Notes: generated by a model from the sequence alone, not told the origin. Positions 36,770-51,005 are shown, numbered from the stretch's first letter. The stretch: 64,000 nucleotides of DNA from Eledone cirrhosa (GCA_964016885.1 OZ024743.1:339946001-340010000); one strand, 5' to 3'. A program made the numbers and translations.

Positions 36770-37680
36770 TTGCAATTATGCTTCGTGGATATCATCAAAG
36801 ATTATTGTAAATATTGTCACGGATGCTGTTGCGCTATTTCTTTATTGATGATTTTGTTGGCTTTACCCTTCAAAAGCATAAAAGCATGAGACATCCGTCA
36901 CAACACCCAGCAGATATGGAATTCGTTGATGACATTGTCTTATGTGCAGATTCACTAAGCAATGCAGAGGATCTCTTACACAATTTAGAAGTGTCTATTC
37001 AAGCTATGAGACTCTTCCTAAATATCAACAAAACCTAATACATGGCCATCAACTCAGATGAAGCATCAAATATCAAATCATTAAGCAATACTGTTCCTGA
37101 AAAAGATGATGATTTCAAATACCTTGGTGCATATACTAACTTGTCAAATGATATAATCAGCAAGATAGCACAAGTATGGGCTGCTGTGAACTCTCTAGAG
37201 AAGGTGTGGAAATCTAACATAAGCACAAAAATTAAAGTTAGATTATTCAAAGCTACAGTGGAATCAATCTTACTGTATTCCTGTTAATCATGGTTGGTGA
37301 TAATACCTATCAACAAAGCTTTAGATGGTTGCTATACCTGAATGCTTAGAAGGATAAAAACATCAAATGTCTTAACTGTGTTGCAAACAAAATTCTCTAT
37401 GGCAACCTCTCACCCATTAACCATACCATCTGTGTCAGGTGTTTTCAACTTGCTGGTTATGTCATGAGAGGCAACAAACCTGCTACAAGACTTTTGCTAT
37501 GGGAGCCCACTAATGTGAAACGCAAACACAGGAAACCTCCCAAGACATTAAAAAACATAATTGAGGAAGATACAGAACTGTCCGGTGAAGAACTTAGGCA
37601 GTTAATGTTGGATCGTATGAGATGGAAGGGTTTAATCATGTGACCACAAAGAAGTGGATGAATTTAGTTGTAGTAGTAAA
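36770..37680 (+). mobile_element. Decayed LINE RT C-terminal fragment (RTE-like)
   Basis: DMEFVDDIVL..FLNINKT, DFKYLG, KVRLFKATVESILLY; (GTA)n tail. Confidence 0.8.
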
Positions 37681-38461
37681 TATTGTTGGATTTAATTTAA
37701 ATACAACACTATTAATATAAACAATAATGATATCAATCATAATGTTGCAGACTCCAGTAGACAAACAGACAGATTATATAACTATACAGCCACTTGGAAT
37801 TTTCTCACCATTGCTGTCTCAAACATAATATTTGAAATATTCTATTAACACTCTATTTTCAACTCTGTCAACACTATCAATACTGTATTAAAAACAATTT
37901 ATCAGCACCATCTCCTATACTCTATCAACATTATCTCAAACATTAAACACTATCAATATTCTCTTTCAATTGCAAATTCAATTAATAAGCTTTTGACTAA
38001 AATCTACATTAAAACAAAAATTGAGATTGAAACTAAATTTTATACAATGGCTTATTAAAATGTATCTATGTCTTAAGTATCACTTCCTCAAGTCACAAGT
38101 AATACTCCTTGGAATCACACCTATTATTTATACCAAATTTCTTCATACACCCCTATCTGTGAGTAATGAACTTGACCATGTTGTATCAACTCAAGCTCAC
38201 AGTAATTGAAATATTAAATAAACACCCTACTTACAACATTGAATAAATAATCTGCTAAATCCTCAAATATTTAACAATTTTTGTGTGTTTGTTTTATGTA
38301 CTAGGCACAGGCATGAAAGTGTGGTTAAGGAACATACTTCTCAACCATGTGGTTTTCAGCTCAGTCCCCTTTGTGTGGTGCCTTGAGCAAGTGTTCTCTT
38401 TTATAGTCTTGGATTGATGAATGCCTTGTGAGAAAATTCGGTATACAAAACTGGAGAAGCT

Positions 38462-38506
<45 letters not shown>

Positions 38507-39284
38507 TGTGTGTCTGTATTTACATTCCTTGGACACAGATTCATATATTATTTCCTTCCAAAGAACAGAATGACTTTTGTACGAGGAATAAAAATACGTC
38601 AGTTTAGCAGTGGAACCTTTGAACAACATTGTGTTGTAGTGACAACTCCTTAATATATAAAACTGTCCAACCTAAAAACCCGTCTGTGACTGTAAGGAAT
38701 GCCCATAAAGACTTGTAACTAATTTCATTACTAGCATAATAAATTCTCCATAATGCTCTCATACCTCATTAAAACTCTAGCATGAAATTTAGATCTATTG
38801 TTTCAGTATTGAAGAGCCATCATACAAGATATTTTGGTTCCAGTTTAAAATTATTCGGGATCTTTTCAAGGCACATAGATAACCTCATTGTGTAGTATAG
38901 TCAAGAAGTTTGTTTTACAATCATGAAGCCTCAGGTTCAATACCATTTCATAGCATCTTGAGCAAGTGTCTTTATTATAACCTTGTGTTGTCCCAAGACT
39001 TGTGAGTGAAACTAGGTAGATGGAAACTGTGGAAGCCTATTGGATAGACTGTAATTGAAAGGTTCAGCCTAGTCACACAATGTCATGCTGATTTCTGCCT
39101 CAGAGTTATGTTAAGAGTACATGTGTTTGTGGAATACTAAACCACTTACATGTAAATTCACAATGCTCACTGCTTATTATACTATTTGGATAGCTATCAA
39201 CTTAGCAGTAGAATTTAGCACTCCCCTCTGACCCACTCCCATACATCTTCCATGAGGTCAAGCCGAAGTATACATTTAGCGAAG

Positions 39285-39636
39285 CATCCAACACACTGTA
39301 AAGTGGTGATGGCGACATGGTAAAAAGTGCCCAGCACACTGTAAAGTAGTCGTAATGGCGACATGGTAAAAAGTGTCCAGCCCACACTGTAAAGTGGTTG
39401 TGTTGGCAACGCAACAAAAAGTGCCCAGGCCACGTGTAGGTGTCAAGACAAAAAACACACCCAGCACACACTGTAAATGTGGTTGGTGTCAGGAAGGGCA
39501 TCCAGCTGTAGAATCCAAGCCAAAATCTGCCTTGCGTGAGCGAAACATGGTCCTCCGACTAGATCTCTCACAAGGGGACAGCGCGTCCTACCTATGCTAG
39601 CGTGGAAAATGGACGTTAAACGATGATGATGATGAT
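39285..39636 (+). repeat. RTE/SINE tail with ~41-bp internal tandem amplification
   Basis: Four cacactgtaaa units (aaaagtgcccagcacactgtaaagt), then gtggaaaatggacgttaaacgatgatgatg as at 30100. Confidence 0.8.
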
Positions 39637-40489
39637 TCGTTACACGAATATAAAATCTCAACTGCAGTGATCACTCGGACAGATGCAGAACCCTTTGCTC
39701 ATGACATTCAAGCTGCCACTAGTGCTACCGCCAATAAAAAGCATTATCATCTCATAAGGCAAGCATATAAGCCTAAAAGTTCAGCATCAGCTCCTTTGTT
39801 TCTGAAGGATGGCTTCACTCTATTCACTACTTATCTTTATTCAGTAAATCAACAGAGATCACAAATCACTGGATTGAAGATTTTTTTTAACTGTGCAACT
39901 ATGGGTTTGATGTAGTAACTGATATCATTAAAGAAAGACCTGCTGCCACCTTGGATATTACACTCTTAATAGATGAGGTAACAATGACAATAAGTAAACT
40001 GAATCTTGGTAAGGCTCCTAGTAAAGATAGCATATGGACTGAAGTATAATACTTTAATGGCAGTTGTGTCAGACAATTGTCTAGAGCTAAAGATGCTATG
40101 ACTGGGAATATGCATGTGTGTCTGATCCTACCCAGAGCTAAACATACTACAGTTATTCTCCCATTCCTTCTTCACCTTCTTCCTTTGAACTAAATACTTC
40201 AAACCATTTTGACTGCTAGTTTGCCATACCAGATGCAAGATAATAAATTTAATGGAATATATTGATGAATACAACAAATAGATCTATGATCAAAAGTGGC
40301 CTTCCCTCCTTTATCTTGACCATTGCATATTTAGTACTACATTATCCAGTGTGTCTGGACCTTTTCAAGCCAGTCAGAATCCTTAATAATGTTTTGTGTA
40401 AAACTCTCATATATCACTGAATGCTTACAGAAAACTACTTCCAGGCCAGATTCCAAAAGTGGCAGGAATGTTAGGACCAGTGTATTGTT

Positions 40490-41240
40490 GCGCAAGTTGA
40501 TTATTGGGGGGAGACTTCCAAGGGTTACTTGTGGAGAAAGCTCACAAAAGCCAAACCACTGTCAGGGCAAGTGCCCTCACCCAGGTGTCCTCCCTCAATT
40601 TACAGGTACATGCTCAGAACAGGCCCATTCTCGTTTCTTTCACCCATCTTTCAACAAATTGCTTTGAAGGCAGCACTTTCCTCTCCACCTTGATCTTCTG
40701 CTTCAAGTGAAACCTGAAAAAGTTAATCAGTGTCGCCGAAGATGAAAGTGCCTGTCTTTAGCCATTTCAGATGCATCCCTCAGATGACATCTCACCATGG
40801 CCACCAGACAGACAAAAACAGCCTGCCCTTCTTGGCTAAAGAATTTGATGATGAACTCAGTTGATAGTCGAATCCGTTACACATGATAGCATGTGTTCGA
40901 CATAAAACCCCAAGTCAGCGATACTCGAAAACTGGACAAGTGTGTGCACGATGGTTTCGTCGCCCTGCATGCATCTCGGACATGCCCAGCTGACGGAATT
41001 TCCATGCCTGAGGAGTTTATCTTAAACTGGCAACGCTCTGCGGTAGCACTGCCAGAGGCTAGGGATTTCTGGAAGTTATCCATAGGCCCTGGACATAAAA
41101 TCCTGTGGAAGAGAATGGTTAGTTCATTTTCATCGATGCTTAAAGTTTCCTCAAGAACGTCGTCGCTTTTACTCCTCACTAACCCTCTATTGAATGCCAA
41201 GGTGGAGTTTCCACCGATCATAGTGCCCTATTAGCTGAGG
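40490..41240 (-). mobile_element. Tx1/L1-clade LINE 3' fragment (zf-RVT)
   Basis: Minus strand WQCYRRALPV*DKLLRHG..CPRCMQGDETIVH, then FHLKQKIKVERKVL..FVERW. Confidence 0.75.
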
Positions 41241-41278
41241 GCTGTGAGCACTTGAAGACACTCTAGCCTCTAAATAAT

Positions 41279-41464
41279 TGTTTCTACTTTTGGCACAGGG
41301 CCATCAATTATCCCAGTGTATTACTAGTGCTTTATTTTATCGACCTCGTAAGGATGAAAGGCAAAGTTAACCTCGGCGGGATTTGAACTCAGACCGTAAA
41401 GGGACGTAACTCCATTCTGGAAAGCATGGCGTCCGACCCTCTACTGATACTGCCAATCCACCAC
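41279..41464 (-). mobile_element. SINE family A, full length
   Basis: 18-bp TSD ctctagcctctaaataat (41261-41278, 41465-41482). Confidence 0.9.
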
Positions 41465-41596
41465 CTCTAGCCTCTAAATAATAAAGATCAGGAACAAATT
41501 AGTTCAAGGTACGATCGGTAGTGATCGGGCCTGACTCAGGAATCGATAACTCAACAGACTTGTGGATTCTCGAATACACACACACACATATATATA

Positions 41597-42064
41597 TGAA
41601 GTGAAGTTTTAGAGGTGTTATGAAAGAGGATGTATAAACAAGACAAATACAATAATTTTGGTTCGAGATATAACTTTACTTCACTTCTTTATAAAGGAAA
41701 AAGAATGTGTTTATTATGCTACGTTCGATTACAAAGTGACAAGTTGTTTCAGGATGTACATACTAGTATAGGTAGCAGTAAGCTCGAAGTGCAAAGGAGC
41801 TATATGATTCTCTGTGTGTAGTTGAAATGCCGATGGAAGAATTGCTGTTGGGCCCTTGTCGACAAGGCCGAAGTTTTTTTTTTGCTAATGCTACATCTCG
41901 CGAGTGATGCTTCTCTTCCGAGTTACCAGAGTCGACTGAGACAAAAGAACTTACTTCGCTTTCACCTTGAGCTGACCAGCCACTCAGGACAAACTGACTC
42001 AACTAAAAGAGAAATAACAGCTAGATGTCATTCGGGGGTCAGTATGTGAAAAGATTTTATTACA
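41597..42064 (+). mobile_element. Candidate solo LTR inserted in (TA)n
   Basis: TGAAGTGAA...TTTATTACA flanked by tata on both sides; GC-richer interior. Confidence 0.4.
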
Positions 42065-44459
42065 TATATATACACACATATATATGTATGCCCCCACCTC
42101 CACAGGCATGTATGTTTGTGTGTGTATGCCTCTGCGTGTGCGTATATATTTATACACTAACATAAACAGACGTGGAGTTATAGAGGTAGATAAAAAGTTA
42201 CTGTTGTTTTGTTCAAAGATAGAAGTTACCAAGTTGCTTTTGTTGCCAATAAGTTCGTTTCAATATTTCAGTTTTGCCAGGACTAATTTTTTAATTTCCC
42301 CTTACTCAAAACGATAATATTTTATTTACATGTAAAAACCATTACGCTTGTTAAACAATAAACTTAGTATTAAACATAATAGTAGTAAACAATACGAAAG
42401 AAGAATCCCCAAACAAATATATTCTACATTGCATTTACAGTGACCGTAATTGTAACAAGATATTATAAGCATCAAGACATCGAACGGAAAGGCATAAGCC
42501 AATATTTCACTTAGGAATTTCCTCAAAGGTAGGTCTCATATTTAAACGCTTAAACTATTTGTTATTACCAGATGTTCTGGTAATTTAATACATATTGGGA
42601 CTGCTCTATTTGTAAATTAAGTATTTATGTATATCTAATCGGTGGCGTTCAACAAGGAAAAACAACAACAACAAAAAACTTTTTAGAATGATGCCTTGTT
42701 TTAGGTTTAGTAGTTTTAGAAAAAATCGTTGCTGGAAATATCAACCAAATTCTTCAAAATTTTAAAATTCATTTCTATTTTATTATTTTGTGATAATATC
42801 TATTTAAGGGGTATCGTTGACAATTGAGTTCGAAAAAAGAAGTGCAACTATCTCGTCGCATTCACCATATTCATTTCGCATGCTCCGCTCATATATGGCA
42901 TACATACGCACATGAATCGACGAGGGAACCCTAACAAACCCTACGCAATAAATCCAGTTAATCAGACGAAATATTTTTGTTTTCTTATTTCCAGCCCTAT
43001 TGTTAAAGGTCCTATATTAAGTATAACATTCTTTCATCGTACATCCACTGTTTACTGACTAGTACTATTCTCTATTGTATCCAATGCAGAAGAGATAAAA
43101 TAACAACTGTTGGTGGCTGGGGAGTTCGAATAAGAGTAGAAACAACGACATTTAGAGAAATGTGAAAAACAAAACAAAACCTTGAGTTATGGAAGTGTTT
43201 CTTATTGGCATCAAAGATAGATAAATATATATATATAGAGAGATAATGGGAAAAGTGGACTCTGCAGGCACCGATAATCATATTTATAGGTTGGAATAGA
43301 GAGATATTGGAGTAAATCTTCGAGGAAGAAATTATCAGGTTTGACTTCTATTTTAATCAGAAGTTTGGATAGGGTCAAGTTTGGACCGAACTCTACGGAT
43401 ATTAATGGAGAAGATGGAAATATTGTTACCGTGAAGGTTGTCTTTTCTCAACTGAATTAGTATATTAACATTCCCACACTTCCCCTATTATTAACTCTGT
43501 TGCTTTGCTGTAGACTATATCTTTGAATTATTTTATTTTACACGTGTTACTCTCCCCTTTCATCTATTTGATCCGTTAGTTAGTTTCGTGTTAGATTTTG
43601 TCATAGTTGTTTTTAACCATAGGTCATGTCTGATTGAGAAGACCTATGATCAAAGACGTTCCTGTGGTGAACATCCGATAATTTCAGACAGATCATGTTA
43701 TTCTTTCTTTTATTTTTAACAGCAGAATATGATTTGACCGCTCATTCTAGCACAGCAAGTCATCATAGAGAGGCTCCTTCAGTGATAGGTTGTGCTGGTT
43801 GAAGGGTTGACCTCTGTATCCGGATCATTTGTCAGCCCCATTGTAAGTGGGCCTCCCGAAATTCAGTAATTACTGGGGGTAAGAAAGGTAAACTATTACA
43901 TGTTTTCACGCTTGCAACAGGACCAGGAGGAGGTGTTAAACCAAGTACCTTATTTGGTATATCAAAAAGAAATCTCATTAAGTATTTGCAGTTTAGTAGT
44001 TGTGTATGGCCAACCCTCATGAGCAAACCTATGATCAAAGGCATTTCATACATCCCCATTAAATATTTTTATTTAGGTGTGGATATCTAAGACTATATTA
44101 TTTAGTGTATCATCCCCTTTTTAAGATAGTAGAGATTTGGTTTATTTTTCTTGCAAATTCAGCGACTATATAGAGGGTCCCTCGTTGGCTCGTAGTTTAG
44201 TGGGGCTTGAAATATGTAGGTTCGATTAACATTCACACTGAGTAGTTACTGTGAATATTCTTTTAATATAATCAATGAATATGTACTCTTGTTTAAACAA
44301 ATTTTAAGTTTTAATATATAAGAAATTAAATTTAAACAATTTGAATTTAATTTTACGAATTACAATTAAATTTACAAGAATTAAATATGATTTCATTTAA
44401 TAGTAAATTTGTTTTAACCAACCTAAAGTATGGAAGGGAAATAACTTATATAACTAAAA

Positions 44460-44672
44460 AATTCGCCGGTTTCGAAATGATCAGTCCCATTTACACCCTT
44501 CTAATAAATGTAACACCCACATTCGAATTAAAGATGGAATGGTCACGGATGAGACACCTTTCATAAGTTTCTTGGATCTGGGTTAACTTGGAGCGAAACT
44601 GTAACGCCAATAACCGAGGATCTGCTTTGATATAAGAAATCAAAAGGAGACATTCTTCGGTTACACACTTCG
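44460..44672 (+). promoter_or_regulatory. Possible non-coding first exon of ZNF-3
   Basis: Locally CpG-richer stretch ending in a donor-like cg|gtaaga at 44673; position analogous to the other two genes. Confidence 0.3.
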
Positions 44673-45699
44673 GTAAGATTTTTAAAGGTTTTATTTTTAG
44701 TGTGCTATTGATTTCGTTTCGGCGATTCAATGATACCTGGTTGTGTTTTCGTTAAATGCACAAATTCTTCTCAGCTTGCTCCATCCCTAGCACACTGCAT
44801 TGAGAGGTATAGTCCCAAATAAGATACAATTAAACACATCTAGATTAAAAGCATTCCAATTATAATCTTTCCGCCTATTTGTAACTGTAGGTCTAAATTC
44901 TCCAATGCATTCTTCCTTTCGTTGTGTGTGATTTGAGGAAGATTCGGCTGCTATTTCTAGCGACTACGTAGATGCTTCACTTGAAGGAAGGTGTGATGGG
45001 TGTTGTATCAGAAGATAAGGAAAGAATCGCGAACAATTTATAATGTTATTTAAGCATTTGTAGTGTTATTTATGTATATATTTAGAACATATTTGTTATG
45101 TTATTCTACTGTAAATTTATTTATATGCTTTGTATATATCATATGTATTTATATTTTCACTCCCATTTTTAATAAAAGCCTTACACATTATGTAATAATG
45201 ATAAATGCAGGCATACAAGTTGACGTTTAGAGCCTAAAATATCTCTCCAAAACCAGGGGTCGACTTGTCCGCCGAATATAAAATGTGAACCTTTACCACT
45301 GAGGGGTAAACAGTGAAACTGTCTGCCTGACACTCGTACACCACTTACCATAACACTAGAAGCCCACCACAATTATTTCTTACTGAATCTCATATTTGTT
45401 AAGTCTATTTAACGTAGAGATTATAATAATATCAACGCCCACAAGGTAGGTTAGGCTTCCTCAGTGAGTTAGAATTCACTTGCGATTGAAGTGTTTTAGA
45501 ATTGTCTAAACTATCTGAAAAATTACGAAACAAAACTGACCGAAAGTAAAAATGTATTGCCATGTAAATCTTTTATTTTACAACTATTTAGTGTTTATTT
45601 CCATATTTTATATTTTGTGCAAATAAAGAATGGCATCTAAGGCTGGGGAGATGGTACTGCCTTATTTTTTGAGAGCCGTCTTATCCGGCGAATAATATT

Positions 45700-46120
45700 A
45701 ATGAAAATAATAATGATAATGAAAATATTGTGTACAGTGCTCAGGTGCACTACAACTCATCAAAAAGGGTATGTATAGTACATAGGGTAATGCACAAACG
45801 TCAGGAAAATGAACAGTGCATGAGTCATGATATTCACATGTGTGCATGTGTATGGAAAGGGGACATCAGGTGTAGTTTTGGCGAATTTCGGGAAGCATGA
45901 GGGTTTTAAAGGATACAGTGTCTCGGCAGCTAACAACTGACACTGGCAGTTTGTTCCATGCTTCAGCAACTCTGAGCGTGAAAAAATGTTTCCGAAAGTC
46001 ATGGGAGCTGTGCTGTTTTCTGACTTTATAGGCATGTCCACGTGTGTTAGACACATGGAGATCAAAAAGGTGCTCAGGGTTGTTGTTGGCGAGATGGTTA
46101 ATAACTTTATGGGTGTTTAC
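45700..46120 (-). mobile_element. 3' fragment of the same CR1-like family
   Basis: TRGHAYKVRKQHSSHDFRKHFFTLRVAEAWNKLP, with the same 3' UTR as 17930-18280. Confidence 0.92.
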
Positions 46121-46234
46121 TCAGCAGTAACAAGAGGAATATAGGACTAAACCTGAATTACACCTCAGGATTTTAGGGATCAACCTATACACCAGATCTA
46201 ATTGTTCACCGGCATATGTGGTATATATATATAT

Positions 46235-46790
46235 ATATATATATTATAGGGTAAAATAACAGGAAGCTGAACAGATATTCCTTTAGATTTTATTACTACA
46301 AACATTGCACATTTCAGTGCGTTTCTTCCCGGATAGCTATCCATTAAATAGAAACTGAAAGAATGGCTTTTAAAAGTTTCAGAAAGTGAAACAAATCTAC
46401 TTATAGGGGTTTAAAAAATCCATGTTAATACACAAACCAAGTTAAATTGTTGCTAGTTTCACTTTTAATTTCACTGCTTTTCTCAAATTAACTAGAGAAA
46501 AGCTGTTTCTATGGTTTGGTCTGGTCTCTTCCCATCATTGTTGCTGAAGGTTGGGGACTATGCACAATTACGCCAATGCTCATCTATATGATGCTGTATG
46601 TCTATGAGTCTTATTGGGAAAAATTGTTTTTGTAATATTTTGACTTGATGATACTGGTAATATTTTGGCTGTGTATATTACCAGGGGGCCTAAACTCAGC
46701 TATCCACACCCCTGACTACTATCATCAAATATTGAATGGATACAATCCATCTAACAAGCACTTGAGAGAGAGTAGGTGGGTTTTATTTTT
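46235..46790 (-). mobile_element. Possible Penelope-like (GIY-YIG) relic
   Basis: Minus strand KTHRH..HHIDEH (cf. GKT.R.L..RI.EH), RPN..KQ, followed by a gaaa...aataaa pLTR-like end beside (TA)n. Confidence 0.4.
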
Positions 46791-46959
46791 TTAACATATT
46801 TTTTTCTCTAAGCTGCTGACTTCACTTGGCAGTAACAAGAGGAATCAAAAGACTGAAGTTGGCTCCCAAGATATTCATCATAATTTTTGGTTTTATCAAC
46901 ACTGAACATAATTTGGTATTATTTGTTGCTTTAGTTTTTTTAAACATTTTTAAAAAACA

Positions 46960-47204
46960 TTTTTTTAATGAATATTATTGTTACCATATTTCTGCTAAAG
47001 ACACTGCCTATGATTTTAGAATCATTTTGAAAATTATCAAGATAGAAAGATTTAGTAATATAACTTTCACATTATTAACTTAACAAAGGTTCTTAGATAA
47101 AATTATGATGGAAAGTTTTTAGATGAATTCTAACATTTTGAAATGAACACTTATGTATGATAGAAACAATGTCAGTTTCAGGCAGTTTGGTATCAAAAAG
47201 GTTA
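46960..47204 (-). mobile_element. piggyBac-like MITE family B
   Basis: Ends gtttggtatcaaaaagg|ttaa; its reverse complement matches 4372 and 47655 (..ttttgataccaaac..). Confidence 0.6.
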
Positions 47205-47705
47205 ATAAATTAAGCAAGTGTATGGGTGTGGGATAAAAAAAAAGAGGGGAAATTAGACCTGATTATTAGAACAGATATTTTTTAATCTTTTCTTATGAAA
47301 CTAGGGTTTGTTCTATTAAGATGTTTTAAAGGTTATATTTATTTTTTTCTATTTGAAAAGTATTTTTAGTGAAATGTCTAAGGCAGTCAGTACGTTTATA
47401 AAATAATTTGTTTACAATGAAATTTCTCGATGAATACATTTTTTTTTTGTTTTTTTGCTGTTTGTATCCAGTTCAGAATATAGGAACATTGCATCCCTGT
47501 ATATTACAAGAAGTGACTTAAAGGGTTGGTGCCAGGAAGGGCATCTAGCTGTAAAACACTGGTTGAAAAAGGATTCCATGATGAGTATGAAGCATGTCAT
47601 GAAATCCACAAAGCTAATTTATGTTTTAGCAGGGAAAATAAATGGCCATAATCATTTTGATACCAAACCACCCCTGGTTCTCTGATACAAATCTATTTAT
47701 TTTAA

Positions 47706-47926
47706 CCCTTTAGCATTTAAACCGGCCATATCTGGCCAGAATTCCCTCACCTCTTTCTGTTCAAACTGGCCATAACTGGCTGCTCATACTTATGTTAAAG
47801 TATTGTTCTCAAAATAAATAATATCAAAATCTCGTAGATTTCATATTATGTGAGACAATTATGTGAAATAGAGTGCTTACTGTGAAAATAGAATAGTAAA
47901 TATAGAGTAATGCAAATGCTAAAGGG
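47706..47926 (+). mobile_element. piggyBac-like MITE family A (best copy), nested in a family B MITE (~47650-48020)
   Basis: Perfect TIR ccctttagcattt/aaatgctaaaggg with TTAA TSD (47702-47705, 47927-47930). Confidence 0.92.
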
Positions 47927-48120
47927 TTAAAGTGCTTGTACTTATTTAAAAACCCTCTATCATAATTTATTTAAGAACTTTTATGTTTTAAACACCAGCT
48001 TAATCATTGGCAGTGTTTTCTTTTTTTTTTTTTTATTTATTAGAAATATGACAATGAAAGAGTTAAAGTTCTTGTATTGTCAAGAATACAATTTATTTTT
48101 TTTGTTTTATTAAATTTCAG

Positions 48121-48272
48121 GACATGGTATTCTACTAGAAAGATGTTATCACTGAAGCATATTAATTGAAATAACCAGTGTGTGATATTTCTCAAGGTGT
48201 CTTGCAGTATAATTGAACGAAAGACCAAGTTGTTGCAAAGCACAGCAAACATTATAACCACTCAGCCAAATA
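48121..48272 (+). other. 5' UTR part of the ZNF-3 coding exon
   Basis: Acceptor aaatttcag|; tggtattctactagaaagatgt and gaaataaccagtgtgtg match the other two leaders. Confidence 0.65.
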
Positions 48273-49385
48273 ATGTTAGAGACAGAAGAAAAACCTCACA
48301 GATGTGGTATCTGTGGGGAACTGTTTCCTGCAAATTCTGACTTAGTACATCATAAACGTCTTCATGCAGGAGGTAAAATACACAAATGTGAGAATTGTGG
48401 GAAAATATTCCCTTCTATCAGTCAGTTATCAGTTCATAAACGTTTGCATACTGGACAAAGGACCTACCATTGTAGTTTATGTGAGAAAGTATTTGCTTAC
48501 AAAAGTAATTTAGACATTCATGAACGTACTCACACAGAAAAAAAAGCATACAGTTGTGATATTTGTGGGAAAAAATTTTCTTCTACTAAGAACTTGACAA
48601 ACCATAAACACATTCACACAGGAGAAAAACCATATTCTTGTGTACATTGTGGAAAAACGTTTTCCAGTCACAGTAACTTATTTTATCACAAACGTAAAAA
48701 CACCACTGCAAAAACGTTGCAGTGTGAAGTTTGTGACAAAATATTTTCTTATCATTGCCAACTATTAGAACATGAAGAAACTCACCCTGGAGAAAAATCT
48801 TATCGGTGTGAAATTTGTATGAAAAAATGTTTTAGTAGTTACAATTTAACATGTCACAAACGTATTCATACTGGAGAAACACCATACCGATGTGATATTT
48901 GTGGTAAATCTCTTTCTTCAAGCACTAATTTATCATATCATAAACGTATGCACACTGGAGAAAAACCATATCAGTGTCAAGTTTGTGGAAAAGCATTTTC
49001 TTATAAATTTAAATTGTCAAATCATTTACGTACACATACAGAAGAAAAACCAACCTGCGAAATTTGTGGCAAAGAATTTTCTGGTAATGATAAATTGTCA
49101 ATTCATAAACGTATTCACACTGGGGAAAAACCATACCAGTGTGATATTTGTGGAAAAGCATTTACTGATGGCAGTAATCTTATAGCCCATAAACGTACAC
49201 ATACAGGAGAGAAACCATACCCCTGTGATATCTGTGGGAAGGCATTTGCTGTTAGTAACAGATTATCACTTCATAGACGTATTCACACTGGAGAAAAACC
49301 ATACCTTTGTGATATCTGTGGGAAGGCAGTTTCTGATAGTAGTAATTTAGCAGCCCATAAACGTACTCACATTGGTAAGAAATGA
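48273..49385 (+). CDS. C2H2 zinc-finger protein ZNF-3 (13 fingers, finger 5 degenerate)
   Basis: 370-aa ORF of tandem C2H2 fingers; starts MLETEEK. Confidence 0.95.
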   Translation: MLETEEKPHRCGICGELFPANSDLVHHKRLHAGGKIHKCENCGKIFPSISQLSVHKRLHTGQRTYHCSLCEKVFAYKSNLDIHERTHTEKKAYSCDICGKKFSSTKNLTNHKHIHTGEKPYSCVHCGKTFSSHSNLFYHKRKNTTAKTLQCEVCDKIFSYHCQLLEHEETHPGEKSYRCEICMKKCFSSYNLTCHKRIHTGETPYRCDICGKSLSSSTNLSYHKRMHTGEKPYQCQVCGKAFSYKFKLSNHLRTHTEEKPTCEICGKEFSGNDKLSIHKRIHTGEKPYQCDICGKAFTDGSNLIAHKRTHTGEKPYPCDICGKAFAVSNRLSLHRRIHTGEKPYLCDICGKAVSDSSNLAAHKRTHIGKK

Positions 49386-50063
49386 TACTGTATTGAAATT
49401 CATGGTAAATTACTATCTTATGTATAAATCCGTAACTCCTGGTGGAGTCGTTGGGTCGCTATTGTGACATACATGTCTTGGACACTTTAAACATGGCAGA
49501 GCCCATCCCCTATTCACGTCTGAACAGTTCATTTCTTCCAGTGAAAGAGAGAGGAAATGAGAAAGAGTTATAGGAAAAGAATTGACCTCAGTACTGGATT
49601 GGTACTTTTTTTTATTGACCTTGAAAGGATGAAAGGCAAAACTGACCTTGGCAGAGAGCTGAAACAAATACCAAAAAGCCTTCTATCTGAAGTTCTAACA
49701 ACTCTGGCAGTTGACCACCCATAATCTATCTTACCTGATGTTAAATCTTCTCAGATAGAAGAAAATGCATGAAACTCTGAAATATATTGGAGAAATAATT
49801 TTAGCTTGCAGCAGATAGTTAAGGAAAAACTTCATTTCATCATCAACATTTTATATTTAGTTTTCCTATGCTTGCATGGGTTGGACAGGTCTCCAGTACA
49901 ATCTGCTTCTACTTACTGTGTTCCTTCGTCATCTCTGTAAGGTTCAGCATTTTGAGATCAGCTCTTATCAGCTCTGCCTGGGTCTTCTTCAGTTTTCCTT
50001 TGCTGCAATTTCATTCCCATAGCATCCCCTGGCACTTCCTCATCCAGTGATCATCATCTATAT

Positions 50064-50972
50064 CAAAGGTTCTCAACCCATTTCGCCCAAACGCCCCCTT
50101 TTAGCCCTTGAAACGCCCCCCCCCCCCCCATATTTTTCCATTTTTCAATATAGTACTGATTTTGATATCAGTAGATTACTGGGCCAAATCAAGTTATGTT
50201 AGAATCTTTAAAAAATACTCACACGAATTAAATACAAAAAAGTTTCAGTCCCAAACAAAAGCAAGCTATTTCAAATTATATATTTTTGAAAAAAAAAAAA
50301 GATTTGATCTCAGTTGAAAAAGCTTTTTTTTTTTAAATTCTATATTTCACTGTTAGCTGTTGTAATATTTTGAGTGGATAGACAATTCTACAATTCAAAC
50401 TGTAAAGTCAAAATACAAAAAAATCAAAATATGAAGAATTTCTTACCTTTCTCTGAAATCACAAACTCAGGGGAAAAATAGTACCTTGCAAAATAAAATA
50501 CCTCATAGCAAAATAAAATACTTAGTAGCAATGAATGAATTGAGAAGCTTGGAGACAGTGAGAAAGCCATATCTGTATCCCTTATATATATATAGATCGA
50601 TAGACACACACACACATAAATACGTGCACACACACATACATACACACACACACAAACTTGTGTGTGTGTATGCCTTGGTTTTGGTACAGAAAGAATTTGT
50701 CCAGTTTTTATTGCCAGGTCAAAGGCCACTGCTCTTTTCAACAACGCCAATAACAAGGCCATATATATATAAATGAAGAGAGAAAGAGGGAAGGACAAAG
50801 AGAGTAAGAAGTGTGTGTGTGTGTGTGTGTCTTTGGTACACGTCTATCTATCTATCTATCTCCAACAGGGGGCTCAAACATGGTAGACCAGACTGAAAAA
50901 AGAAAATATATATATGTGTGTGTGTGTGTATTATATATATATATATATATATATTATACACACACACATATA

Positions 50973-51005
<33 letters not shown>

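Noticed and set aside
39285-39480. CRISPR-like repeat appearance (also 21162-21236 and 57.7-62 kb)
   Set aside because: Eukaryotic context, contiguous tandem units without unique spacers, and no cas genes.
42908-42945. Interstitial telomere (aaccctaa)
   Set aside because: Only two imperfect units.
44992-45371. Possible solo LTR (tgtgatggg...cccaccaca)
   Set aside because: No TSD and no second copy in the window.
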